From assembly GCA_963555755.3 (NCBI GenBank), contig OY820905.2, forward strand, positions 768,001-832,000: 64,000 bases of DNA, read 5' to 3'. This DNA is from Nitrospirales bacterium (lineage in GTDB: Bacteria; Nitrospirota; Nitrospiria; Nitrospirales; UBA8639). Shown here piece after piece: positions 34,217-45,584 of the stretch (positions are counted from its first letter, which is position 1; the number at the start of each line of letters is the position of its first letter). Both the position numbers and the translations under genes were made by a program. The notes beneath the pieces are model-generated. The model saw only the letters and a program-made list of their open reading frames with translations. It was not told the origin of the DNA and ran no database searches.

Positions 34217-34731
34217 GGCAATCCCCGGATCCTCCACTCGTCGAAAGCGTGAACAAAGTAGGGTCCCTTCCCTCGGACCGGGTTATGTTGTCCCAGGCCC
34301 TCTAACGGTACTATGAACCCCTCCGACTCCCACGACGGCCCTCAGCGATTTCGGTCTCCCTTATACGCCTTGGTTGCGGGTTCTGCGCCCGCACCGTCGT
34401 GGGTCTCCCGTCCTGCACGGTGTCTCTTCCGCCACATGCCGCCCCTGCTACCCCGGAAGATCCTGAGGGTGGGTGTTCGTTCTACTCCCTCAGACAGCGG
34501 CCTTCCCCTTCTGACCACAGGGTCGGCATCTCCAAATACGTCACGAGGCGACGTCTAGGTTCGCTTGCGCTACGGCCTGCAGCTTTGCCCATGGGAAACT
34601 TCAACCCCTGATTACTCAGACGCTGCTTCCCGGTACTAGAAAGGTGTACGAACAACTCCTTTCGCGGGACTTTAACCCGCTAGACACACCGCCGATGACG
34701 GCATGCGGTCAAATCTTTGGTTGACTAATTA

Positions 34732-36605
34732 GGGCTTGCTGATAAAAGCTCACCCCATTGATTTGAGTAGCCTTCTGCATGTAAGAACAGGGGGAGACGT
34801 GCACAGAAAGTTCCCCCCTCTTCCCTAAAAGCTTGCACCAGGAGAACCCATCTATCGGACACCTCATGTGAATCAACTGGCCTTTGAAGAGTTCGTCTTG
34901 CCCTTTGGCGGCAAACTCCGCAGTGCCAACCGGTGGGTGATGCTCGCGAAGCACATTCCCTGGGCCGAAGTCGAAACAGCGTACGCGCAGCAGTTTTCCC
35001 CAGACGACATCGGGTCTCCCGCCAAGTCCTCGCGGCTCGCGTTGGGGGCCCTCATCTTACAAGCGCGCCTGGGAGTCACGGATCGTGAACTCGTGGCACA
35101 GATTGCCGAGAACCCCTCTCTGCAATATTTTTTGGGTCTCATGGCGTATCAAGCAGAGGCGCCGTTTCATCATTCTCTGTTGACCACCTTCCGTACACGG
35201 TTTCCTGACGAGAGCCTTGAGAAGATCAACGAAGCCATCGCGCGGCGGATGGCTGACGCCCAGCCAACGAGCGATGAACCAAGAGAAGCGAAAGGAGAAG
35301 GCGAGGCCGCTCCTCCGAAAGGCCAGCTCCTCATTGATGCCACCTGTGTGCCCGCCGATATCAAATATCCCACCGACCTGCACCTCCTGCATGACGCCCG
35401 CGAGAAAACCGAAGAGCTCATCGATCACCTGCCTGCCGCTCGGACCACGGCCCAGAAGAAGCCTCGCACCTATCGGCAGAACGCCCGACAGGATTATTTG
35501 CGCATCGCAAAGAGCAAAAAGCCGAAGAGCCAGAAACTCCGACGAGGGATTGGCAAACAGCTCCGGTTTCTCCGGCGCAAGCTTAGCGCAATGGCCGGCA
35601 TGGCCCAAGACGGATTACTTGTCACCTTACCCAAGACACGCGACCGCCAGCTGCTCGTCATTCAAGAACTGTATCGGCCACAGCGCTGGATGTACACGCA
35701 GCGCTGTCATCGTATCGCCGATCGGTTGGTCAGCCTCCGCCAGCCGCATGTCCGTCCCATCGTGCGTGGCAAAGCCGGGTGCCCGGTCGAATGTGGCGCC
35801 AAAATCTCGGTCAGTCTGGTGGCGGGGGTCAGTTTTGTGGATCGCATCCGGTGGGATGCCTACAACGAATCCCTGGATTTCGTGGGACAGCTCGAAGCCT
35901 ATCGTCGACGGTTTGGCCATGATCCGGCTTCGGTGCACGTGGACCAAATCTACCGCACCCGTGCCAATCGTCAGTTTTGCCACAGCCAAGGCATTCGCCT
36001 GTCGGGACCACCCTTGGGCCATCCCCGGGTGATGAATGAGTCCACCGCCGAGCAGGTGAAGCAAGACCAGCAACAAGGCCGAGACGATGCCACGGCCCGG
36101 ATGGCCATTGAACCTAGAAACGGCAGTTGGGCGCAAAAAAGCCGTGTAAGATATTGGTGTGCATGGTGAAATACAAAAAGTCGTAGTCACCTCGGTGGTG
36201 ATAAGACATTTTTGTATTTTATCAGGTGCGCCAAGAGCTTGCGCGGACTTTTGTGATCCAATTGCTGTTTCTAGGTTGAAGGCAAGTTTGGGCAAGGCAA
36301 ACGGCGGTTTGGGTTAGGACGCATGATGGCCAAGCTTGCCATCACCTCCGAAGCGATGAGTCAGATCTCGTTTCTGGTGATGAACTTGGAGCACCTCCTC
36401 CTCCGAGTCGGGTCTTGTTTGTGTTGGGCTTGCTGCCCGAGCTGGAAGAGTACGGAGAAAGACCTTCTGGGGGCCAGCTGGCTCAAGCTGAAGCCGGATT
36501 GTCGGGCTCGTAGTGGTAGCAGAGTTGAAGCCCGGTGGGTCTGGAGTCCGCAATTGATTGCGGCTTGGTGAGGGGATATTTGAAAAGGCTTTTTTCAGCA
36601 ACCCC
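34732..36605 (+). mobile_element. IS5-family element; transposase 34868-36571 interrupted by a MITE
   Basis: TIR GGG(C/G)TTGCTGA(T/A)AAAAGC; TAATTA on both flanks; IDATCVPADI; removing the MITE restores IEGKFGQGKRRFGL in frame. Confidence 0.88.
36113..36275. mobile_element. MITE-1 (163 bp)
   Basis: TIR CCTAGAAAC(G/A)GCA; 5-bp TSD TTGAA; further copies at 44392 and 51230. Confidence 0.88.
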
Positions 36606-36937
36606 TAATTAACGTCTCCACCTGTTTTTTGCACATAACTGAAAGCGGTGATCGCCGAGGTGTTTCGCTTCGGTCCACTCCCACGCAGGCCATTGCCTTA
36701 GATTGCACAGGTTGCCCAAAAAAGAGGAATGTCCACCTCCCTTTCTCAGCCCTTATCCGACGCCTGCTGGCTGGCCCACAAGGGTCCCCTCAAAAGCGCG
36801 TTTTTAAAACCCGCATTTTCAGGGCTTGCTACTTTTGCGTGACAACCTCTCAATGGGTGTACGCTAACTTATTTTGTTAAAATGTTCATTTGTACATTAT
36901 TACATTTTATGGTAGGCTTAATACCATAGGAAACCTT

Positions 36938-38265
36938 CATGCCTATCAGGAAAGTGCACAAAACCTCACGGGTGGAGCCAGTAAGCATGCCACCACCGCT
37001 CGATGAAACAAGCGCGGCACATCATGGCGACGATTCAACCGATACGTAAACTCTCCCAAGTACCGGCCAAGATGTTTGACCCGTACCCCGTGATGCGTCC
37101 CATTCACCCAGGCTTTCGCATTGGAAATAAACTTATGCACCCACGGGAGCTATCGCTCACATGCTTCCTTATCGCCAGAGACAACTTGATAGTCGAGATC
37201 CACCCCGGCCACATGGCGCAAGCTCGGACTCCCATCGGTATTCACCATGGCGCCTGCTCGAATCCCGGTGTCCACGAGCTGTTGAGCATGCGTCTTGGTT
37301 TCTTTCGCGACCAACACCTTGGCAAAACCAGTGCGACTGCGGGCCCGACCTTTCGCATCCACCCAGGCCTTCGTCTCAATGGCCACCAGCACATCGCATT
37401 GATTCCCACTGGCCCGACGCCCAAACGTCCCGGCATCCAACTCCAGCACGCCATCGCCAACCTGATAGCTGGCATCCCGGTGTTGCAAGGCGGCCCGAAT
37501 CTTTTGCAGCATCCCCCACACACGGCCATAGGACTTCACGCCCAAATGCCGTTGGAGTTCCTGCGCGGACATCCCTCGTTTGCCCTGCATCACATAAAAC
37601 ACCGCCTTGACCCAGAGGAGCAGGGAGGTCTTGGAGGCCTCAAAGATCGTCCCCACCCGCAAACGCACTTGGCGAAGACACACTCGGCACGTGCGGACTT
37701 CGGGGCGAGTCCTGATGGCATAAAAGGGGATCATGCAGAATTTAGGGTTCTGGCAGCACAATACGATCAGGTGCACATAAATTTATGGCACTCCTCGTGG
37801 GTGATGTCGCCTCTCCTTTTGAGCGAATGGCGTCGTCTTGTATTTTTAGGTCGCTGCCGCATCTCATGCTGCCTCTTCCTGGCGTCATAGCCCCTTGGTC
37901 CGTGGGAAGAGGGCACGATACGATCGTGCAGCTACACAAGAAAGAACGCTCACAGGAAGCAACGCCATGGCCAAGAAACTCCATGTGGCCAAAATTGGAT
38001 GGCGGTAGGATAGAACCATATATTCTGGATGATCCATAAAAGGCCTCAGCCTGACCGGTCGGACACTGGAACTCTTTGCCCTGAAAACGACTGCGCCACA
38101 GCAGTGTTCGGGCTTCAGATTCGGTCGTGATCTCGGTAAAGAACCGCTCTGCAGTAAAAGATTCGTAGAACATCAATCACCTCCAACTCAATGGGAAAGA
38201 ACAGGACTGCAATCCGTCACGTTCTACCACACTGAATCATTGTGTGCACTTTCCTGATAGGCATG
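36938..38265 (-). mobile_element. IS1595-family element, pseudogenised transposase (36946-38173)
   Basis: Perfect 23-bp TIR CATGCCTATCAGGAAAGTGCACA; 8-bp TSD GAAACCTT; GTIFEASK, VNTDG, GTHHGV..YLGEFTYRLNRR; TAG at 37150. Confidence 0.9.
37728..38035. mobile_element. 308-bp MITE inside the IS1595 transposase
   Basis: TIR GGATCAT(G/C)CAGAA; 8-bp TSD ATAAAAGG; removal restores EAFYAIRTRPEV. Confidence 0.8.
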
Positions 38266-38289
38266 GAAACCTTAACAAGGAAAACAGAT

Positions 38290-38541
38290 ATGAGTCGTTT
38301 ATCCATTGAACTCACCGCCGAACAACACCAACAGGTAAAGGCCATGGCCGCCCTTTCTGGCACAAGCATTCGTGACTATGTCGTGACCCGTTTATTCCCG
38401 CTATCTTCCGACGAGGAAGCTGCCTTACGTGAATTGGAAGCGCTTCTTGATAAACGCCTGAAGGCTGCCGAAGCCGGGGCAATTAGTTCAAGAACCGTCG
38501 AAAATATCTTTCAGGACGTCTACCGTGAGACTCAATCGTAA
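38290..38541 (+). CDS. RHH antitoxin (ParD/DUF1778-like)
   Basis: MSRLSIELTAEQHQQVKAMAALSG; abuts the toxin. Confidence 0.82.
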   Translation: MSRLSIELTAEQHQQVKAMAALSGTSIRDYVVTRLFPLSSDEEAALRELEALLDKRLKAAEAGAISSRTVENIFQDVYRETQS

Positions 38542-38850
38542 ATGCCAGAGTATGAACTCTCCACCTTCGCCGAGGACGACCTGAAAAGTATTGCCCGTTA
38601 TACGCTTGATACCTGGGGGCTTGAACAGGCTAAGCGCTATGAACGTTTGTTGGTCACTCGATTCCGGCAGATTGCTAAAGGCCATATCAGTCCGAGGGCC
38701 TTCCTTTCACACAGACCGGACCTCCTGTTTACCCATTGTGAACATCACTACATTTTCTATCGTTCCCGTGAGGCGCAGTGCCCCTTAATTCTCGCGGTCT
38801 TTCATGAGCGCATGGATTTAATGCAGCGTCTCAAGGACCGTCTGTCATAA
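38542..38850 (+). CDS. ParE-like toxin
   Basis: AEDDLKSIARYT..WG..QAKRY..HHYIFY..ILAVFHERMD. Confidence 0.88.
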   Translation: MPEYELSTFAEDDLKSIARYTLDTWGLEQAKRYERLLVTRFRQIAKGHISPRAFLSHRPDLLFTHCEHHYIFYRSREAQCPLILAVFHERMDLMQRLKDRLS

Positions 38851-38966
38851 TCGCGATGTAAGGGAATGGGGTATTCAGGTACATTTTGCTGGGAGGTTGA
38901 CCGTAAGCGATAGCTAGAGGTTTGGCTAAAGAATCTGAGAGGTGATTGTTTTACGCACATCAGGGT

Positions 38967-40353
38967 GAGTTATACTTGAAAGTAGTGTCTAGGATCAGTT
39001 GAAAACACGCGGCGTCTCGGGTTGAAATGGGTGTTGCGAGACATCCACCACAACCACAAAGGAGAGACGCCACGATGCAGGAATGTACCAAATCAGAGGA
39101 AGAAGATCGAGGAAGGACCGATTCGCTGACGGAGTTGATTCGAACAGGGGCGCAGAAGCTTCTTGCCCAAGCCCTGAAAGCGGAGGTGGCCGAGCTCTTG
39201 GCGACCTATGCAGACCAGTCAACGGAACAGGGGCATGCGAGGGTTGTCCTCAGCGGCCATCAGCCGACGCGCGACATTCAGACGGGCATTGGGCCGGTGC
39301 CCGTACAAGTCCCAAAAGTACGGAGTCGCCAGGGCAAACCGGTCACGTTTCACTCGGCGCTGGTCCCCCCGTATGTGCGCAAGTCGGCTAGCTTGGAAGC
39401 GGCGATCCCATGGCTGTACGTAAAAGGCATCTCGACGGGAGAGATGCAACCGGCTCTGGAAGTCCTCGTGGGCCCAGAGGCCAAGGGGCTGTCCGCCAGT
39501 ACGGTGGCTCGGCTCAAGCAGATCTGGCGGAAGGAGTATACCCTCTGGCGACACCGTCGATTCGATGCCGACCAGTGGGTCTATATCTGGGTCGATGGGA
39601 TCTATCGTGGCGTACGAGCTGAAGAGCAGCGCTTAGGTGCATTGGTCGTGATCGGCATGAATGCCTCCGGGGAGAAACATCTCTTAGCGATGGAAGACGG
39701 GATTCGTGAGTCCACCCAAAGTTGGCGGGAAGTCCTGTTGCATCTGAAAGCCCGCGGGCTGAACGCGCCCGCCTTGGCTGTTGGGGATGGCGCCCTCGGC
39801 TTCTGGGCGGCCCTGGAAGAAATCTTCCCGGTGACGCGGCATCAACGGTGTTGGTGCCACAAGACACAGAATGTCTTAAATGCGCTGCCCCAAAGTGTGC
39901 AATCCAAAGCCAAGCAGGCCGTACAAGACATCTGGCGGTCTGAGACCAAAGGGTTGGCGGAACAAGCCGTTGATGTATTCCTCAACACCTATGCGCTCAA
40001 ATATCCCAAGGCCACAGCCTGTTTGCAGAAAGATCGAGAGGAGCTCCTGATGTTCTATACGTTTCCGGCTGCCCATTGGCCGAGTCTCCGGACCACCAAT
40101 CCCATCGAATCGACCTTTGGAACGATTCGGCATCGGACGATCCGCACAAAGGGATGTCTCACGCGAGATGGCATATTGCACAGGATGTTCAAGTTAGGTC
40201 AATGCGCAGAGAAAACATGGAGGCGCTTGCGAGGATTCCGAGAGTTGCCCAAAGTCGTTGCGGACATTCAATTTATCGATGGAATCGAACAGACAACCAC
40301 GGACCCGGTCGCCGCGTGAGTAACGCTTCAGACACTAGATTTGACAATAGCTC
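38967..40353 (+). mobile_element. IS256-family element, complete (transposase 39074-40319)
   Basis: 24-bp imperfect TIR; WVDGIY, AVGDGALGF, QRCWCHK, RTTNPIES; flanks do not match. Confidence 0.92.
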
Positions 40354-41194
40354 CTCCTGCAGATGGAGGTGAAATGGGTTGGCCCAAATACCCGCCAAGT
40401 CCCATTGCCGCAACAATGGAAAAGCCAATGACCAGGATCGAGGCGAAGGTTCCCATCAATCCTCCCACCAGTAAGGCCAGGAGGAAGAACATCAATCCAA
40501 AACTTAACGGGATCAATGTTTTTAAATCGTGCTGTGCGGATTCTGTAAACGTCATATTCATCATCACCATGCCTGTAAGGTAGACATTGATACCGTGATA
40601 ATTCGCACGGATTTCATCAGCCAGTTTTCGGACAAATGCCACCACCTCCGGCACTTCCGTGGTTTCATTGATCCGAGGAAGTTGGACAGTGACATTGACC
40701 GCCGTGACATGCCCTTTCGCGGAAACCAGACGATTGACGAGTAACGGCTCCGTAAGAGCAATCTCCCGTACCGCTTGAAGTTCTTCATCACCCAGTGTGG
40801 CTCCATCTTCCACGAGGTCTCGGACAATGAGGTCATCCCCGTTCGCCTCGGTGTATTGAAAGTTGGTAATGGAATCGACACGATTGGAATAAGGGATTTG
40901 CCACGCGTCTTTGGTGAGCTTTTCAACGACGGAAAGCATGGATTGGCTAAAGATGTTGCCATCAGTCGCTTCGAGAACAATAAGAACATTGTCATTTTTC
41001 GCGTAGGTATTTTCCAGTGCCTCGAATGCCAAGAGCTCTGGGTTATCCTCACTAAAAAAAATCTGGTAGTTGTTGGTGAAGTACAGATACCGTCCGCCAC
41101 TGGCTGCCAGGCCTACCACCACCAGGCTGACCACAATTATCCACCAGCGATACCGCAGAACCCATGGACCAAATGCTGTCTCGAATTTCTCCAT
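40354..41194 (-). pseudogene. MMPL/RND-family transporter, 3'-truncated by IS256
   Basis: N-terminal TM, periplasmic domain and first TMs only; ORF runs into the IS end. Confidence 0.85.
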
Positions 41195-41375
41195 GAGGAA
41201 TGGCCTTTTTGAAAAATTAATTTGTCTGGAAATCTCTCGGAGCCGGTCCGAGATGAGCCATCGTCACGAGGATGTGTTGGTTTGAGTCAGATGTTTTGAT
41301 CGTGTGTGGCAAATAGTGGGACTATTCAACGAAAAGGAGATCTGGGCAAAGCCAGCGCACCCACGGTAGATCCGT

Positions 41376-43901
41376 TTAATCTTGGACAGGCTCCTGAGCT
41401 GGCTCAGCTCCCAACGGTTGGAACACCATGATTAGGGCAGCGAGCAGCGTAAGATTGCTCATGAGGGCCACCATCATGGCAAAACCGGTTAACACGCCAA
41501 AGTAGATCGTTGGGATAAAGCTCGAAAAGGCCAGGATGCTAAAGCCCAAGGTAATCGTGATCGCCGTATAATAGATGGCTCGGCCAATACTGCCATGGCA
41601 CGCCAGAATGGTTTCTCGATAGTTTTGATACTTCACAAATTCCACTTGGAACCGGTGAATATAGTGAATGGCATGATCCACGGCAATACCCACCGTAATC
41701 GCCGCAATGGTGATGGTCATAATATCCAAGGGGATCCCCACCCACCCCATCAATCCGAGCACCGAGCAGGCCGCTAACATGTTGGGCAAGATCGCCAAAA
41801 TCGAAAGCGATACACTACGAAAGAGGATGATGAACATCAAAAGAACACTGACAAACACCACACCAAGCGTCAGAATCTGCGACCTAAACAAACTTTGGAG
41901 CAGGTTGTTATAGAGCACCGCCATCCCTGTGGGATGTACCGCTTTTTCGTCAAACTTCAGATCGTCCACTAAATACTTGCGGATTTTTTCAATCAATTCC
42001 TTTCGCTTGAGCGTGGGCGCGGACTCAATCAATCGCATGGTGATACGAATTTGGTTGCCGTCTTCCCGAAGATACGGATCGATGAGCGCTTCCTTGACTT
42101 GCTCCGGAATATGTTTACGAAGTAACGCCAACTCATAGTCTTCAGGCATCTGTCCGTCATTGAGCTGTTTAAACACTTTCATCCCTGTGGCGATGGATAA
42201 AACTTTTCCTACTTCAGGAAGACTGTCCACGTAATCATGAATTTCCTCGACCAGGGTGAGCATATCGCCATTGAACCAATAGGACACGTCTTCGGATGGT
42301 GTGTCTTCGGCAAACGGGTCATCAAGCGAGTCATCAAACGGATCGGCCATCTCTTCAGGGATCTCCTCCGATACCAGGAATCCTTCTTCGGCATCGATCA
42401 CAAAATCCAACGGGACGGTTCCGCCGAGTTTCGTATCGATCAATTCCATCCCCTTGTAAATTTCGGTGGTGCTTTTAAAGTGATCGATAAAACGGTTTTC
42501 GACCTTGAGCATGGTAATGCCAACTCCACCCAGGACCGCAATAAGAAGACCACCCACGAGAATGGCCTTGGAATGTTTCAGCGTGAAAGCCGCCACGGCA
42601 ATGGTGAAGGACCGAGTCGCATCGGAACGCACAGTAGCCTTTTCGGGAGGAAAAATGACCAGCACAGTAGGGAAATAGATAAAGTTGAACACAAAGGCAA
42701 AGGTAATCCCAATCGTCATCATCCACCCAAAATCGATGACGGGACGAATGTCACTGACAATCAGGGAACAAAAGGCCACAATGGTCGTGATGGCCGTATA
42801 CAAGCACGGCTCGAACATGGTGCGCATGGTTTCAAATACCAACGTTTTTCCATCCATGTCGGGATGTTGCTCATTCAGAATTTGATGCCGCACGATGAGA
42901 TGAATGGTGAGCGACATCGTGATGATGAGCAGGAGAGAAATAAAGTTCGAAGAAATGACCGTGACCCGCCAATCCACAAACCCGAGAAACCCGACCATCA
43001 CGCTCACCGTGAGCAAACAGCAAGACATGGGCAAGAGCACCCAGCGCAGTTTTCGAAAAAAATACGTCAAGGCGACAATCAAGAACGCCAGCACACCAAC
43101 CCCGAATACCATGATGTCATGCTCGATAAACCCAATCATGTCCGAGGTAATCATCCTCACGCCACCCAAAAATATTTCAGCACTGTGGCGATGCCGATCC
43201 AGAATCTCTCGTACGACCTGGATATCCTTCCGCCCGGATTCAACAAAGAGTGCATGCCGTGCATTAAACTCCTGAATCACCGATTCCAGTTGCCCCGCTT
43301 CTTCCGCGGTGAGTTCCGAGGCCTCGGATTTTTCACGCAAACGGTTTCGTTTCTGTAACAACGCCTTGTAGACCTTATCCTCTTGAAAGATCACCTGAAT
43401 CGCCGTCGTCTTTCCATCCAGACTCACGAGATTATTTTGATAAATGGGACTTTCTAAAAACTCCTTGCGCGCAAGCTCTATATCCATCCCAGGGGTCTCT
43501 AGTGTTCTGATGCCATTCTCATCAGTCAATTCAGCTAGAGTTACTGTAGGGCTATTCACTAAGGGAGCGTTTAAAATTGACAGGGTCGTTTTGACCTTTT
43601 TCATTTTGGCGAGGTCATCCCGCAAGGCCTTCAGGCCTGCCAGTGATTCTGAAGAAAACACATCGCCCGGAGGTGTGTAGGTAACGATAAGGAAGTCATC
43701 GGAGCCATAGACGTCACGACTGTCCCGGTAGTATTTCAAATCCTGATCATTTTCAAGGACAAGCGACTCGTCCGACGCATCGAGTTTAAAGTTCTGGCTG
43801 TGAATGCCAAAAAACGCCACTAGCAGGACGAGCAGCCCTAAGGAAATGGCAGGCCTGTCAATAACCGCGCGTTTGTAGATCCGGAGAACCCCTGACTCCA
43901 T
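41376..43901 (-). CDS. MMPL/RND-family exporter
   Basis: 841 aa, two TM bundles, GIAVDHAIHYIHRF. Confidence 0.9.
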   Translation of the reverse strand: MESGVLRIYKRAVIDRPAISLGLLVLLVAFFGIHSQNFKLDASDESLVLENDQDLKYYRDSRDVYGSDDFLIVTYTPPGDVFSSESLAGLKALRDDLAKMKKVKTTLSILNAPLVNSPTVTLAELTDENGIRTLETPGMDIELARKEFLESPIYQNNLVSLDGKTTAIQVIFQEDKVYKALLQKRNRLREKSEASELTAEEAGQLESVIQEFNARHALFVESGRKDIQVVREILDRHRHSAEIFLGGVRMITSDMIGFIEHDIMVFGVGVLAFLIVALTYFFRKLRWVLLPMSCCLLTVSVMVGFLGFVDWRVTVISSNFISLLLIITMSLTIHLIVRHQILNEQHPDMDGKTLVFETMRTMFEPCLYTAITTIVAFCSLIVSDIRPVIDFGWMMTIGITFAFVFNFIYFPTVLVIFPPEKATVRSDATRSFTIAVAAFTLKHSKAILVGGLLIAVLGGVGITMLKVENRFIDHFKSTTEIYKGMELIDTKLGGTVPLDFVIDAEEGFLVSEEIPEEMADPFDDSLDDPFAEDTPSEDVSYWFNGDMLTLVEEIHDYVDSLPEVGKVLSIATGMKVFKQLNDGQMPEDYELALLRKHIPEQVKEALIDPYLREDGNQIRITMRLIESAPTLKRKELIEKIRKYLVDDLKFDEKAVHPTGMAVLYNNLLQSLFRSQILTLGVVFVSVLLMFIILFRSVSLSILAILPNMLAACSVLGLMGWVGIPLDIMTITIAAITVGIAVDHAIHYIHRFQVEFVKYQNYRETILACHGSIGRAIYYTAITITLGFSILAFSSFIPTIYFGVLTGFAMMVALMSNLTLLAALIMVFQPLGAEPAQEPVQD

Positions 43902-44391
43902 AGCCTTCCATCACTCCTTTAAAAATGCCCAAATGGGCAAGACCAGCATCATCCCTAGCGGCTGAGGTAAAGTCAATAATGTCTCTATTTTTTCTCTTAT
44001 TGACTGTGGAGCCCATTTCACCTTGTTCAGGCCTTTACCCTTGATATCGTGATCTGTATTGTTGCAGATGATCGGTCAGGTGGTTCTATCCCGACCTCAA
44101 GGAGAAAAAGAACGCATGAATCAGCCAAACTATATTTTCAACAAAAGCGAGGACCAGCCAGAACGTGATCGACTCAAATTGATTGAGCAATACCACGATC
44201 CGCGCACGCGCGAGCGACTACAACAGGTCGGCATGAGTGCAAGAGGGACATGTCTCGAGGTCGGACCGGGCGCGGGGTCCATCATGCGATGGATGGCCCG
44301 AATCGTGGGTCCCCATGGGCATGTGATGGCCATTGAATTGAATCCCCGTTTTCTTTCCCGCAACACACTTCCTCATCTCACCCTCATTCAA

Positions 44392-44820
44392 CCTAGAAAC
44401 GGCAGTTGGGCGCAAAAAGGCCGTGTAAGATATTGGTGTGCATGGTGAAATAAAAAAAGTCGTGGTCACCTCAGTGGTGATGAGACATTTTTTTATTTTG
44501 CCAGGTGCGCTCAGGGTCCGTCACGAAATAACCAGTACAATTGGGAGGCCCAGATTTGTGATCGGGGCAAGGCGCGACGAGGGAGCAGAGCGGGGCTCTG
44601 TGACCGAGGAGCAACGCCGCCCCGGGCCAAAGATGGGCCTCCCCGGAGGGCCGGACGCTTTTGGGCTCCGCCAGCGTCGCTCATCGCTTCCATACTCCCG
44701 GCATACGCGCTCTTCGCTCCTTGGCTCGCTCCAAAATCGTCTCGGCCAATTGTACTGGTTATTTCGTGACGGACCCTAAGAGCTTGCGCGGACTTTTGTG
44801 ATCCAACTGCTGTTTTTAGG
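44392..44820. mobile_element. MITE-1 copy carrying nested MITE-2 (44514-44776)
   Basis: TSD TTCAA; MITE-2 has a perfect 31-bp TIR GGGTCCGTCACGAAATAACCAGTACAATTGG. Confidence 0.88.
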
Positions 44821-44899
44821 TTCAAGGCGATATCAATAAGGTGGCACTCCCATCAAAGACCTTTCAAGTTGCCCACGCTCGGTTTACGTTGATTCATAC

Positions 44900-45114
44900 A
44901 GGGAATGTTGAAAAAAGCCGCCAGCGGCGTTCTCGCCATTTTGCCGTGCTCACGTACTATGAGTACGCTCCGCGCGTCAAAAGGGCTGCGGCCTTGCTGG
45001 ATAGACCCTTCGGAAAGACTCAGGGCATGCTTTTTTGAACATTCCCTCCCACTGACGATGCGTGGCTCATCTGGAGCTTTTATTGGCTGTTGGAGTGCAA
45101 TATTCAACAGGCCC
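44900..45114. mobile_element. MITE-3 (215 bp)
   Basis: GGGAATGTTGAA..TTCAACAGGCCC; ATAC on both flanks; second copy 45662-45876; fragment near 12200. Confidence 0.82.
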
Positions 45115-45584
45115 ATACGCAGAGCTACCGACGCGCATTGAAAAAAATCATTGAAGCCCTTCGACCCGGGGGTTGGCTTGTACTGGAAGAACCAGACTTC
45201 TCCGTCGCACGGATAGTGACGGGACCCAAGGGGTTAGGACGATCCGTTCAGCGAGTGAATGAAGCCATCCAACACATGTTCTCCAACGCGGGGCTGGACC
45301 CAGCGTTCGGGGTCAAACTTCCCGGTCTACTCCAAGAAATGGGCCTCGTGAATCTCGCTGTGGATAATGATACGTCGCTTGTCCAAGGCGGGGCCCCCAT
45401 GGCCACGATTATGAAACTATCTGCTCACCAATTAGCGGTGAAATACCTCGCGACGGGTCGAGTGACCAAGACCGACCTGACCCGCTATGTCCGTTTTTCC
45501 GAAGATCCCGATTCCTGGGCCGTGTATCACGCTACCGTAGCCGTCATGGCCCAAAAACCTCGAGGCGTATCAACCAAGACCAAA

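Larger units (their letters stand above)
28872..34706 (-). mobile_element. Group II intron A (outer intron of a triple nest)
   Basis: 5' GCATGCCG.., 3' ..CTACTCTAC; domain V AAAGCCGTGTACGGGAAAACTGTACGCACGGAT|TGATGAGGGG; EBS1 GGTCAG (34511-34516) pairs with 5' exon TTGACC. Confidence 0.85.

Noticed and set aside
32861..34237. 458-aa and 264-aa (31016-31810) ORFs as separate RT genes
   Set aside because: They are two exons of one RT reading through into intron B RNA sequence
5430..34706. Diversity-generating retroelement (RTs plus AAC-rich variable repeats)
   Set aside because: The RTs lie within group II ribozyme boundaries, differences between repeat sets are not confined to adenines, and there is no TR/VR pair
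21507..43358. Long antisense ORFs (21507-22544, 30359-31510, 37003-37890, 42237-43358, etc.)
   Set aside because: Shadow frames of transposase, RT and MMPL genes with no recognisable motifs
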